Source: Eledone cirrhosa
Taxonomy: Eukaryota
Assembly: GCA_964016885.1 (NCBI GenBank)
Contig: OZ024757.1
Location: 25,048,001 to 25,112,000, forward strand
Reading direction: 5' to 3'
DNA length: 64,000 nt
Part shown: one piece after another, positions 48,533-63,266 of the stretch
Layout of the letters: each line of letters starts with the position of its first letter
Numbering within the stretch: the first letter of the stretch is position 1
Program-made: the position numbers and the translations under genes
Notes under the pieces: generated by a model
What the model saw: only the letters and a program-made list of their open reading frames with translations
Told to the model about the DNA's origin: nothing
The model's database searches: none

Positions 48533-51198
48533 AGAGAAGTATTACAGGTATGGAAAAAATTCTAAATAAGCCTAGAACAGCTATTGCGGGCCACTCTGAC
48601 TGGTCAGGTGGGCTCGATTGTGGCCCGCGGGCCGCCTGTTGCACGCCCCTCCTTTAGACAGAATATCTATCACTGTTAAGTAATACTGTGATCTGTCGGC
48701 CAACTACATTTTCCAGCCTGTGGCGTTTGGGGGAGTCAGGATACTGACTGCGAGATTCCTATCTTCACTGGCGTCTAGTCTGACGAAGGTGACTGGTGAA
48801 GCTCGTGAGGGCACTTGGTTGTTCCAGCTCCTCAGCCTCGCCATCGCCCGAGGTAACGCTGCAGACGTGCTGGCTTGCCTAAAAAATCATTAGAGAGGTT
48901 TCCCAGTGCTCCTCGCGATACTGTTATCTTTTGCTCTAGTAGCAGCTCGTTTGTCCACCCCTTTCGCTTGCCTTTGGTTGTATGTGGTCCTAGATGTATT
49001 ACCTGCTTGTGTGTTGTATGTGGTCCTAGATGTATATATTACCTGCTTGTGTGTTGTATGTGGTCCTAGATGTATGTATTACCTGTTTATGTGTTGTATG
49101 TGGTCCTAGATGTGTGTATTACCTGGTTATGTGGTCCTAGATGTATGTATTACCTGCTGGTGTGTTGTATGTAGTCCCAGATGTGTGTGATACCCGCTTG
49201 TGTGTTGTATGTGGTCCTAGATGTGTGGATTACCTGTTTATGTGTTGTATGTCGTCCCAAATGTGTGTGCTACCCGCTTCTGTGATTTGTTTTCTTTCTT
49301 CTTTCTCTCTTCCGAGAAACAATCCTGTATTTTTTAAATCTATTCCATGTGTTAAGTAATTAGCAGCAACAACAAACTGATTTTCAGTTGTAAAAAGAAT
49401 CTTTAAACCTTCACCATTTACATTAACACATACCATATGTTGTCCCAGCCACAAATAAACAGTAAAAAAAACTTACTTTGCGGTTAAATTCTTCACAATT
49501 AAAAGAAAATTATTTCTAACACGTTTCTAGAGAACACCAAGTTTACACCTTCAATATCCGGTAAAAGTAAAAACAAATTCCGGAGACATTTAACGAAACG
49601 AAACTTTGTAAAGAAAAACGAAAATTAAACGAAGACAAATAGTAAATTTTTATTTTTATTAAATAAAATACCAGTAATTCACCGGATTAGATTTAATCAA
49701 CTTTCTTCTCTCTGCACGAAAGACGAAAAAAATTCCCGACTTAGTGCTTAATATATAGAGAGGGGAGAGTTTGGTGTTACTTGACATAGAGAGGGGTATT
49801 GGAAGAGAGTGCCGTGTAGTAGATATAGAGAGGGAGAGAGTTAGTGCTAATTGATATAAAGAGGGGGATTTGGATCCCCCCGCCTCCCCCAAGAAAAATT
49901 ATGAAATGCTTCCACCTCCCTGTACATATATATATAGTATACACACACAGACATATATATATGTATATATTATATATATAGTAAATAAATATGTGTGTGT
50001 ATCAGTGGTCCCCAAACTTTTCTGATCCACACCCCTCCTCTAAAATATGTTTATGTTCCCCTTTAATATAAAAACAATCCGAGTCTTCTGAAAGTGTTAT
50101 TACTGTAATATAAAGTAGAAACCCTTTATTTAAACAAAGCTACGATGCAGCGATGATCAAAACAAACTTCTCGTAGGTGCTGCCAAGCGGGGAAAAGTGG
50201 ATGTATAATGATGATGATATATATATATATATATATATATATCCCACCCTTGCAAACAGGGAAAAGCAGACGTAAAATGAAAATGATGATATATAGATAG
50301 ATAGATAGATATGTATATATATATATATATTTATACTTATGTCATGGTGGCTACAGGTGCCAAAAGGAAGAAGCCGGACAAATCCTCTGATATTTATTTA
50401 TCTTCCTTTCCTTTGTGTATATATATTATGTGTGTGTGTGTATGAAGATGTATGACCCCCTAGCAAGCCAAACTACAGTTACTCCCCAACATGGAGAGCA
50501 AATTAAAACATTACCTGTTAGAGACGAACGTGAAATGATTTGTGAGTGAACTACCGGTGTAACAGTAATTATGTTACCGGTGTAACTATTTCTGTTTACC
50601 TTATTTTTAAATCACACACCTATATTAGTTTAGTGACCTTTCAATTCAAATAAATTCTTGATGATGAGTGAACTCGCATCGGAGTAGCCCAACGCCTTGG
50701 CCTCCGCGTGTGTGAGCCACATAAATGCTCTCAACGACATAGTGAGAAGAAGCCTGGATGCAGCTGAATTTCCATGTCAACTGGAGCCAGCAGGCCTAGG
50801 CCGCGGAGATGGCAAGCACCCCGAGGGAATCACCCTCTTCCCATTCGAAGGAGGTAGATCCACAAACCCCAGCATCGCTGCCCGTCTCGCAGATGAACAT
50901 AAAATAAACAAATTCCGGTGTTTGTCCTGGAGCTTCTTCTACGCACCAGACACCGTCGAGACCCCAGGCCTACTTGGACCCATTACAGCCGAGCTCCTCC
51001 GCAAGATCGGAGTGTTTGTGGCCCGTCTGAGGATGGAGTCCCACGAGGTTTGATGGCTGTTGCAGCAGGTGTCACTGCCCTTACATATATATACGTACAT
51101 GTTCCCTTGACTGCTATTTCTAGCATATATTAATAGACACTTTAGAAACAGCAGCTAAAAATCAGGAAACAACAGTGTGTGTCTGTATATATATACAC

Positions 51199-51230
<32 letters not shown>

Positions 51231-51318
51231 CAGCCAAAGACACACACACACATACACACAGGTGTATGTCTGCGTGTATGTATATATATGTATGTGTCTT
51301 TGCGTACTCTCTCTCTCC

Positions 51319-51380
<62 letters not shown>

Positions 51381-51515
51381 CAGTGATCCCCCTCCCAACC
51401 TTTAATCAAACAAACCTGCGATGTGGGCGATGATCAAAATAAACACCAATATGTGAACAAACAGCCCAAAGGTGCTGCCGGATACACGATAACATGTGTA
51501 GACGAAGTAAAACTT

Positions 51516-52118
51516 TTATTACTGTAATATAAAGTAGAAAGCCTTTATTTAAACAAAGCTGCGATGCAGCGATGATCAAAACAAACTTCAAAATGTAAAT
51601 AAACTTTTCGTAGGTGCTGTCAGATACACGATAACATGTGTATCTGGAAGTTTGGTCGTATTATATCACTTTCAAATTGACCCCTATTATATTCAAATTA
51701 TCCCCTGTGGGGGGTGCGCCCCACGTTGAGAATCCCTCATAAATAAATATATGTGAGTGTGTTGCTATGACTGCTATTTCTAGCAGGTTTACTGCCGTCC
51801 TGTAGACGCACACCAAAAACCGGAAGTGGCAGCCATTAAAAAACTTTGGCTTAAAATCAGGCAAAAGTTTTTAAACAATTTGCCAAGAAAGATAACTCTT
51901 GTCTTACTTAATCGCAATAATCGAGTCAAAAATTTTGCGGGTGTGCAGGTTGTTTGGTCGCATTTGCTGCTATTTCTAGCATGTATGGACATTTTAGAAA
52001 TAGCAGCGAAAAACGGAAAACAGCAGAAAGAAGGACACACACCTATATATATATATGTATATATATATATTTTGGATATGTGTGTGTTTGTTTATATGTA
52101 TATATATATATATATATG

Positions 52119-52160
<42 letters not shown>

Positions 52161-52240
52161 TATTTATATATATATATATATGTATATATATAATATATGT
52201 ATATATATATATATATATATATACATATATATTTATATAT

Positions 52241-52272
<32 letters not shown>

Positions 52273-52294
52273 TTATGGATATGTGTCTGTTTGT

Positions 52295-52336
<42 letters not shown>

Positions 52337-52341
52337 ATATA

Positions 52342-52438
<97 letters not shown>

Positions 52439-53142
52439 CCTTTATGGTAAATAAAGAAATCTATATATATATATAAATATATATATAGGTGTGTGTCCTT
52501 CTTTCTGATGTTTTCCGTGTTTCGCTGCTATTTCTAAAGTGTTCATACATGCTAGAAATAGCAGTCAAATACCAGCAAACAAGACCAAATCAACTGCACA
52601 GCCGCAATATATATATGACATATAAATATATGTGAGTTGCTATGACTGCTATTTCTAGCAGGTTATTCCTAGCGTGTAAACTGCACACCCGCAAAATTTT
52701 TATCTCGATTTTTGCGATTAAGTAAGGCAAGAGTTATCTTTCTTGGCAAAAACACCCTGGTTTGTTTACATTAAATTTTCTATTGTTTAAAAACTTTTCA
52801 CTGATTTTAAGCCAAAGTTTTTTAATGGCTGCCACTTCCGGTTTTTGGTGTGCGTCTACAGGACTGCAGTAAACCTGCGAGAAATAGCAGTCATAGCAAC
52901 ACACTCACATATATTTATTTATGAGGGATTCTCAACGTGGGGTGCACGCCCCACAGGGGATAATTTGCATATAATAGGGGTCAATTTGAAAAATACGACC
53001 CAGTTACACTTCGTCTACACATGTTATCGTGTATCTGGCAGCACCTACGAGAAGTTTGTTTACATTTTGGAGTTTGTTTTTATCATCGCTGCATCGTAGC
53101 TTTGTTTAATTAAAGGATTTCTACTTTATATTACAGTAATAA
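51516..53142. repeat. Long imperfect inverted repeat centred on (TA)n (copy 5, complete)
   Basis: Left arm 51516-52043, spacer 52044-52485, right arm 52486-53142. Confidence 0.92.
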
Positions 53143-53723
53143 CACTTTTACAAGACTCTGTTTGTTTTTATATTAAAGGGGGACATAAACATATTTTAAA
53201 TGTTTAAATATATTTATTTATTTATGTCCTTCTCTCTGTTGTTTACTAAACTCTGAATTCAGCATTTTTCTGTTCTTCTCTAGGGTTCGAGCATGTATAT
53301 ATATATGGCAGTCAACCTCACTTGGCACAGACTCGAAAAAGCCGCCGCTAATCGTGATCGTTGAGGTTATAATTAAACTAAAATGCTTCCACTGGGCACG
53401 ATAAGCTGATCATGATCGTTGGAGAGTGTTTTCTGCGCTGAACCTAAGATTAAAAGATATATATATATATATAGCTGTTTAAACGGCCGGAGCTCAGCCG
53501 TCGGGGTGCTGAATATTTTCATATATATGTATGTGTATGTATATGTATGTGTGTGTGTTTTGCGAATTAATAATTATATAAACAAGTTTGTAATGAACAA
53601 TTTATTTATTATCAAAACTGTATAAACATGATATTATTTACAGTAACAATAACAATAATAATGATGATTTCTAGTAAAGGTGGAAGGACAGTAATTTGGG
53701 GGAGGGTAAAGTCGATTAAATCG

Positions 53724-54221
53724 AAGAGAGAAAGAAAGAAGAAACAACGAATAGGAGAGGGGATGGCAAGAACTCCGGTGTCGCAGAAAATAGGGGAGGG
53801 TGGTTGAGCTTTGGGCCTAGGGCAGAAATGCTGCGCCCCACGGACAAGATGGCAAAAGTATTCTCACGGACGATGCCAATTATACCCAATGTAACAACCA
53901 CCCAACCTGGCGGCATTCCTTCCTCAGACGGGCCTCCGACGCTTTGATCCTGCGGAGGAGCTCGGCAGTACGGGGTCCAAGTACCTCTGAGGTCTCGACA
54001 TTGACTGGTGCAGAGAGGAAGCGGCCGGACAATCCTCGGTATTTGTTTATTTTACGTTCTTCTGAGAAGCGGGCGGCGATGCTGGGGTTTGTGGCCGAAA
54101 CAACTTGGAAACGAAGTTGGAGGCGGAGATTGTGTCGTTGCTGGTGGTGTCCCACATGAGGGACCTACCTCCTTCGAATGGGAAGAGAGTGATTCCGTCG
54201 GGGCGCTTGCCATCTCCGGGA
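53724..54221 (-). mobile_element. CRE-like RLE fragment (copy of 2040-2537)
   Basis: GDGKRPDGITLFPFEGGRSLMWDTT motif. Confidence 0.8.
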
Positions 54222-55836
54222 CCTGTTGAGAACAGCGAGTATCTATTCAATAATTATTTGAATATTGAAATTTTAGGTTTAATTACCTTTTAAACCAAAT
54301 ACATTAAGAAAGGCATAAACAACACCACATCATTTTTATTTCGATTTTGAAAGTAGATTTATAAGTATTAAATTTAAGTAGATTCTTATAGCCTTCATGG
54401 TGGTCTGGTGGGAGATACCAGAGCAAGTGGAGCTTCTAGTCTGGGGTTCAATCCTAGTCAGGAGATACTCGAAAGAGTTCATATTAAACTTATTCAGTTT
54501 TTTTTCTTATCTCTAGAGATAAATACATATACATAAGGTAATTTGTTAGAACATCAGATAGAATACTTTGTAGTATTTTTTCCAGTTCTTTATTCTCAGT
54601 TCAACTTTACTTTTCTTACATTCGGGGTTGATAATAAAGTACCAGTCAAATACTAGGAGTTCTCTCTTACTCTATATCTCTTTCTCACTCTCTCTTTTAT
54701 TCAGACCTGGAGAGGAGATGTACTCTGCCAGGTTTTATAATGAGTTATGGGGTCATACCTGCCTGCAACATCACTGTGTACTGAGTGTAGCATTTTATAT
54801 CCTTGTTCTGGGCCTTCCTAACACCACTGTGTATTAAGTGTAGCTTTTAATATCCTTGTTCAGGGCCTTCATAATACCAGACTAGCTAATGTGTATATTA
54901 TATTGTTATAGAGGAACTAAGTATGTCCTTTAGGTTCTGTAATGTACACTAGTTGGCCCTAATGGTAGCACCAGCCCTGTATAAAACTGTGATACTTTAA
55001 GGTTCAGTAATGTACCTATCTGATGTCTGTACCCTAGCTGGTTGTCTGTCTCTCTCTACCCTAGGTGTCTCTGTGTCTCTCTGTACCCTAGGTGTCTCTG
55101 TGTCTCTCTGATGTCTGTACCCTAGGTGTCTCTGTGTCTCTCTAATGTCTGTACCCTAGGTGGCTCTGTGTCTCTCTAAGGTCTGTACCCTAGGTGGCTC
55201 TGCGTCTCTCTAAGGTCTGTACCCTGGTTAGCTGGGTATCTCACTGAGATCTGTACCCTAGGTGGCTCTGTGTCTTATTAAGGCCTGTGTCTTATGTGGC
55301 TGTCATCATCATTATCATCGCCACTGTCATCATCATTATCATCGCCACTGTCATCATCATTATCATCGCTGTCATCGCCACAGTCGTCGTCAGGGCTGGA
55401 TTACCTCACAACGGTAGTGAACATATTTAGATGTCATCATACGAAAGGAATAGTTGAAACATATCAGATCTGAAATAAAGAGAGTTAGATGATGTAGAGA
55501 GAGAGAGAGGGAGACTCGCAGACAGTGAGAGAGAGAGAGAGAGAGGAAAACATTGATTGTGTTCACCACATTAAGTTACTATCTTACTAATGAAACAATT
55601 AATAATTTTAGTAAATTCTTCAAAATTCTTCATTAATTAATTGAAAGAGAGTGTATTTCATTAGAAATGTGGTCATAAAAAAATAATAATAATGAATTAT
55701 TGTGTACAGTGCTAAGGTGCACTACAACTCATCAAAGGTGCATGTATGGTATATAGAATAATGTACAAATGTCAGGAAAGTGAACAGTGTATGAGTCATG
55801 ATATACCTGTGTGTGTGTATGGAGGGGGGATATTAC

Positions 55837-57580
55837 CTAACAACTGACGCAGGTAGTTTGTTCCATGGAGGTTTTAAAGGATGTAGTGTCTCGACAGCTA
55901 ACAACTGATGCAGGTAGTTTGTTCCATGGAGGTTTTAAGGGATGTAGTGTCTAGACAGCTAACAATTGATGCAGGTAGTTTGTTCCATGGAGGTTTTAAA
56001 GGATGTAGTGTCTCCACAGCTAACAACTGATGCAGGTAGTTTGTTCCATGGAGGTTTTAAAGGATGTAGTGTCTAGACAGCTAACAACTGATGCAGGGAG
56101 TTTGTTCTATGGAGGTTTTAAAGGATGCGGTGTCTCGGCAGCTAACAATTGATGCAGGTAGTTTGTTCCATGGAGGTTTTAAAGGATGCAGTGTCACGAC
56201 AGCTAACAACTGATGCAGGTAGTTTGTTCCATGGAAGTTTTAAAGGATGCAGTGTCTCGACATCTAACAACTGATGCAGGTAGTTTGTTCCATGGAGATT
56301 TTAAAGGATGCAGTGTCTCGACATCTAACAACTGAAGCAGGTAGTTTGTTCCATGGAGGTTTTAAAGGACGTAGTGTCTCAGCAGCTAACAACTGAAGCA
56401 GGTAGTTTGTTCCATGGAGGTTTTAAAGGATACAGTGTCTCGACAGCTAACAACTGATGCAGGTAGTTTGTTCCATGGAGGTTTTAAAGGATGCAGTGTC
56501 TCAACAGCTAACAACTGATGCAGGTAGCTTGTTCCATGGAGGTTTTAAAGGATGCAGTGTCTCGACAGCTAACAACTGATGCAGGTAGTTTGTTCCATGG
56601 AGGTTTTAAAGGATGCAGTGTCTCCACAGCTAACAACTGATGCAGGTAGTTTGTTCCATGGAGGTTTTAAACGATGCAGTGTCTCGACATCTAACAACTG
56701 AAGCAGGTAGTTTGTTCCACGGAGGTTTTAAAGGATGTAGTGTCTCGACATCTAACAACTGAAGCAGGTAGTTTGTTCCATGGAGGTATTAAAGGATGCA
56801 GTGTCTCGACAGCTAACAACTGATGCAGGAAGTTTGTTCCATGGAGGTTTTAAAGGATGCAGTGTCTCCACAGCTAACAACTGATGCAGGCAGTTTGTTC
56901 CATGGAGGTTTTAAAGGATGTAGTGTCTCGACAGCTAACAACTGATGCAGGTAGTTTCTTCCATGGAGGTTTTAAAGGATGCAGTGTCTCGACAGCTAAC
57001 AACTGATGCAGGTAGTTTGTTCCATGGAGGTTTTAAAGGATGCAGTGTCTCCACAGCTAACAACTGAAGCAGGTAGTTTGTTCCATGGAGGTTTTAAACG
57101 ATGCAGTGTCTCCACAGCTAACAACTAATGCAGGTAGTTTGTTCCATGGAGGTTTTAAAGGATGCAGTGTCTCCACAGCTAACAACTGATGCAGGTAGTT
57201 TGTTCCATGGAGGTTTTAAACGATGCAGTGTCTTGACATCTAACAACTGAAGCAGGTAGTTTGTGCCATGGAGGTTTTAAAGGATGTAGTGTCTCGACAG
57301 CGAACAACTGATGCAGGTAGTTTGTTCCATGGAGGTTTTAAAGGATGCAGTGTCTAGACAGCGAACAACTGATGCAGGTAGTTTGTTCCATGGAGGTTCT
57401 AAAGGATGCAGTGTCTAGACAGCGAACAACTGATGCAGGTAGTTTGTTCCATGGAGGTTTTAAAGGATGCAGTGTCTCGATAGCTAACAATTGATGCAAG
57501 TAGTTTGTTCCATGGAGGTTTTAAAGGATGCAGTGTATTCACAGCTAACAACTGATGCAGGTAGTTTGTTTCATGGAGGT
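55837..57580. repeat. 61-bp satellite array (about 28 copies)
   Basis: Same unit and shared variant order with 14890-16872. Confidence 0.97.
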
Positions 57581-57886
57581 TCACATTGGAAGTACAACCA
57601 AATAATTGTTTCTGGCACAAGGCCAGCAATTACTGGTACTTTATTCTATCGACCTCATAAGGATGAAAACAAAGTCAACCTTAGAGGGATTTGAACCCAG
57701 AACGTAAAGGGCCATAACCCTATGCTGTAAAGCATGGTGTCTGGCGCTCTACCGATACTGCCAATCCACCGCCCTAGTACCAACAAATAATGACTGCTCA
57801 CCACAAAAAATGGCTATGATAAGAGAGGTGTTGCATGAATGTAATCCATATGTCGAAGTGTACAATACAATGCATGGCATCACAAA

Positions 57887-57918
<32 letters not shown>

Positions 57919-60384
57919 CTACTAAAGTGTATGTAAAATTTTAAAATAAATACTTAAATTCAATTTGTATAATTACACATACAATATGTTTTGTTGTAAA
58001 ACCCTAAATAATGATTTAAGAAATGATGTCAATCTCTTTGTACAGAGAAAAACAATTTATATATATGCATCGTGTGCGCGTGTATACTCCATTTAAGACA
58101 GCGAAAAACCTAGTACCTCCTTCAAAGAATGCCAAATAGTTTATGCCTAAGGTGTAACACTAATTAAGTTACCGGTGTAGATATTTCAGTTGAACCCTGC
58201 TTCAAACATGCATATTATTATTATATATTTTCAAACACACTTACATACATTATATTTATACACATAGGAATAATAAGTTAAAACTAAGTATAATGATATA
58301 ACAACAGTATATAATAGTTTTCTTCACTTTATTGAGATGCAATCGTTTTAAAGAAAAAACATGACAGAATAAGAAATATTTAATATGATAACATAATATT
58401 TCAGGTAGGATGGTGGTTTCTCTATGATGGTGGTTTCTCTTTGAACTAATAATTGTTTCTATTTTAGGCACAAGGCCAGCAATTAACCAGTACATTACTG
58501 GTACTTTATTTTATTGACCCCGTAAGGATGAAAGGCAAAGTTGACCTCGGATCGTAAAGGGACGTAACTATGCTGGAAAGCATGGCGTCAGACCCTCTAC
58601 CGATACTGCCAATTCACCATACAGTATAATTATACAAACATGCATATAGATAGCAATATATATACACTAATATGTATGTACATATTTACACATATGTACA
58701 TATATATAGGGAGAGAGAGAGACACATGTATGTATATATATATACACATGCGTGTATGTATGTGTGTTTATGTACATTCTTCGGTATATATATATCGGTA
58801 TACACATTGGAGATACAGAGAGAGAGAGTTGAAACGAGAGATGAGAGAGTTGAAACAAGAGAGATGGTTGAAACGCGAGGAGAGAGAGAGAGTTGAAACG
58901 AGAGGAGAGAGAGAGAGTTGAAACGAGGAGAGAGTTGAAACAAGAGGGTGAGGGGAGAGAGGGGAGAGAGTGATGAAACGAGTTGGAGATAGAGTGTGAA
59001 AGAGAGAGAGAGAGAGGAAGAGAGAGGAAGAGAGAGAGAGAGGAAGAGAGAGAGAGAGGAAGAGAGAGAGAGGAAGAGAGAGAGAGGAAGAGAGAGAGGG
59101 AGAGAGGGGGATGAAACAAGAGGGTGAGGTGAGGGATGAAACAAGAGAGAGGGGGGAGAGAAAGAGAGAGAGAGAGAGAGAAAGAACTGAAACAAGAGAG
59201 AGATGAAACAAGTGAGGGATTAGAGAGAGATGAAACAAGTGAGGGATTAGAGTGTTGAAACAAGAGAGAGAGCGAGATGAAATGAGACAGGGAGAGCGAG
59301 ATGAAACGAGAGAGTGAGAGCGAGCCCCTGTGGCTAATAATTCTGACATGTAATGTTATGGACATCTCTGCCCCTATGGCTAATAATTCTGACATGTAAT
59401 GTTATGGACATCTCTGCCCCTGTGGCTAATAATTCTGACATGTAATGTTATGGACATCTCTGTCCCTGTGGCTAATAATTCTGTCATGTAATGTTATGGA
59501 CATCTCTGCCCCTGTGGCTAATAATTCTGTTCAAATCTGACTGACATGCATGGTATATATTTATGTTTCATTATAAACCAAAGAACATTGAGCAGCATTT
59601 CTCAACCTTTCTACCCATGTTGATCTCTTGAAATAGTTTTTATGTCTCAGGGAAGCCCTGCATAAAATATACTTTTTCTATCTCTAGAGCAGTGGTTCCT
59701 AAATCGTGTGCTGCGAGATGAAACTAGATGAGCTGCAAAAGACTAAGATGTGAAAAATATAAAACTGAAATTTCATATAAAAGTTCAAATATAGCTACAG
59801 CCACAAACCTAGGCTCCACACCCCGCAACGCAGAGGAGAGTAAGATAGTACCGAGGCCTGACTCACTTCTTCCACTCCATTGAGACCTCTGCCATACTTG
59901 GTCCCCGTACTGCTGATTTCCTCCATAAAGTCGGGAGGAAATACGGCAGGAGCCTCGTGAGGAGGGGCGACTATTGTAGCAGGTGTCTCTGGCCTTGCTC
60001 CGAGGTAACGCTTTTACGTTTCTTCCACGGGTTGCGGCTGAGGGACCACTTAGACTGGGGTGAAGTGTCTGTCCCTCCCCCGACTTCTTACTTCTTTTCT
60101 TTTCTCCTTTTCATTTTCTTTTCTCTTCTTGCTTATCTCTGCTAAACCACGGCATCAAAAACATATATGATATATGTATGTATGGTATAGGTGTATTTAT
60201 ATTTAGGATAGTTATCAAAGGTAAATAGACTGGTTGGAGCAATAACAGTCTTGTTTATGTATATACACACATATATATATGTTTGTTCTTGTATTTCCAT
60301 AGAAAAGGTAAAGAAAAGAAGAATGCTCTATGTATTGTACAGAGCTATTTAATTACATAATAAACAACAGAATATAATTATTCC

Positions 60385-63266
60385 ATGCAAATAGACTTAG
60401 AATGGAAAACATTCAGACAGAGAAGAATGGATAATGAGCGTCATAAGAGAAATTGGCCAACAATTAATATTAATGGAAATGTAGAAGAATTTCATATTAG
60501 TGATATGAATGTTTTGTGTGATCACTGTGGAGCTTTGAAATTTAGAAATGAAAATTGTAACTGTTGTAATAAAGGAAAGGTTGTGTTGCCTCCATTGCAA
60601 ATATACCCTGAGAGACTGAGAAATCTCTTTGAAAGAGGCCAGGAAGCAGTTGATTTCACAGAAACATCTGCAATTAAAACTACATTTATTTCACTTCATT
60701 TGGTGTTACCACCCGGCAGAGGCCCGTATAGCTTTCATATTCAGGGTCAAACATATCACTACACCCCCACCCCTGTAACCTGCAGAAAATACACCACAAT
60801 ATGGCCTGTTATATATTATTGATGGGAATGAAGGTGTGTAGCACAGATTGGAAGTACGACCAAATAATTGTTTTAGTGTCTTGACATCTAACAACTGAAG
60901 CAGGTAATTTGTTCCATGGAGGTTTTAAAGGATGTAGTGTCTCGACAGCGAACAACTGATGCAGGTAGTTTGTTCCATGGAGGTTTTAAAGGATGCAGTG
61001 TCTAGACAGCGAACAACTGATGCAGGTAGTTTGTTCCATGGAGGTTTTAAAGGATGCAGTGTCTCGACAGCTAACAATTGATGCAAGTAGTTTGTTCCAT
61101 GGAGGTTTTAAAGGATGCAGTGTATTCACAGCTAACAACTGATGCAGGTAGTTTGTTTCATGGAGGTTTACATTGGAAGTACAACCAAATAATTGTTTCT
61201 GGCACAAGGCCAGCAATTACTGGTACTTTATTCTATCGACCTCATAAGGATGAAAACAAAGTCAACCTTAGAGGGATTTGAACCCAGAACGTAAAGGGCC
61301 ATAACCCTATGCTGCAAAGCATGGTGTCTGACGCTCTACCGATACTGCCAATTCACCGCCCTAGTACCAACAAATAATTGTTTCTACTTTAGGCACAAGG
61401 CCAGCAATTACCAGTGCATTACTGGTACTTTATTTTATCGACCCCGTAAGGATGAAAGGTAAAGTCAACCTCGGCGGGATTTGAACTCAGATGGTAAAGG
61501 GACGTAACTATGCTGGAAAGCATGGCGTCCGACCCTCTACCGATACTGCCAATCCACCGCCCTAGTACCAACAAATAATGACTGCTCACCACAAAAAATG
61601 GCTATGATAAGAGAGGTGTTGCATGAATGTTATCCATATGTCGAAGTGTACAATACAATGCATGGCATCAAACAGCAAAGTTCTAGAAGAGAAAATTGTC
61701 GTGTACAGAACTGTGAATTAAGATTTAGAAGAGGATCAGATATGAGCTGCTATAATTTACCAACTAGTAATGATAGCTGTTGTTTTGTGGGGGATTAAGG
61801 GCACACCACCTGTACAAAGAGATATTATCATCTTTCCTAAAGACCATCCTCCTCAGAAAATACCACATAATTCATGCCACTTGGACCTCATGACCGACCG
61901 ATAATGGTGAATTTTGGTGGCATAGTGACATGGAGAGGAATGCAGGACCTGTGTTTGCAATAGACTGACAATGCAGGAATATTACATATACTGTATAGCA
62001 TATAGAGGAGGATTTAGTGCGATATATAGGGCAGGTAAATTATTTTAGCAGTATTTAGTGGAAGCCTATATGAAAGTAGAGGGATGCGGGCTTCAATATT
62101 TGAGGAACAATCAAGCCCAATTGTGAGTGGATGAGTATAATGGTTTAATGAATTATCTAAACAGATGATAACACTGAGCCTTAAAAAATGAAGACAAGAT
62201 AAGAAACAGAGAAGACATTGACAGAATCGTGTCAGCAGAAATACCTGCATTGGAAGATGATCCAGTACGACATGAGCAGGTTTAAAAGTTTATTATCCAC
62301 AGGCCATGTGGTTCTGGAAACCCTTTTCCCCCATTTATACAAAATGGATTTTTCCAAAAGAACTATCCAAAAACCTACAGAAGGGAAACATTATTGAACC
62401 TAAATGGATACCCAGAGTACAGGAGGTGCAAGACAGGAACTGCAGTGTAAATTGGATGACATTCAGTAGATAACAGGAATGTTGTGCCATTTAATGCCTT
62501 TTTGCTTAAGAAATATTGTGCACATATTAATGTTGAAGTTTGCGCTTCTGTAAAAAGTGTCAAGTACCTCTTTAAATATGTTACATGGGGCATGATTGTA
62601 CATCTATAGAAGTAACGAATAATGCATTACCTAATGAGGCTCAGAACCAACACAACCATGATGAAATAAGAATCTATCTTTGTTGCAGGTATGTGTCTCA
62701 GCCAGAAGTAGTGTCGTGTCTCTCGGAATTTAAGCTTCATGGTACATCACATACAGTATACAGCCTAGCCACACACCTGGAGAACAAACAGAGTTTACTT
62801 TCAAAGAGGCAATGCTCAGGTTGTGGTAGAAATGCAGGGACCCTTGCTGCCTGGTTCAAGCTAAATGAACTTGCTTACACCTTCTGGGATGCCGCCTCAC
62901 AAGCTCCAATTAAAAGCAGGATCAATAATAATGCTTCTATGGAATATTTCAATCCAGAACAGATTATGTAATGGCACAAGATTAGAAGTAGTGGAACTGC
63001 ATAAACATTTTATCGAAGCTTCTCATATTTATGGTCCTTTGATGGGCAGGTGTGTTTTGATCCGAAGACTGAAGTTAGCTCCCAGTGGTGCCAACATCCC
63101 TTTTACTTTGGAAAGACCCCAGTTTCCATTAAGACTGTCATATGCCATGACAATCAACAAGAGCCATGGTCAAATACATGATAAAGTGGGTCTGTTCCTC
63201 CCTGAGCAAGTATTTAACCCTGGACAATTGTATGTTGCTTTTTCAAGAGTTCACAGACAGATGTAA
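60385..63266 (+). mobile_element. Helitron RepHel pseudogene (copy 3)
   Basis: As copy 2; keeps RYVSQPE without the stop and MTINKSHGQ; contains a SINE dimer. Confidence 0.93.
61194..61563 (-). mobile_element. Tandem dimer of tRNA-derived SINEs in the Helitron
   Basis: SINEs at 61194-61362 and 61379-61563, with three copies of agtac(aac/caa)caaataat before, between and after. Confidence 0.85.
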
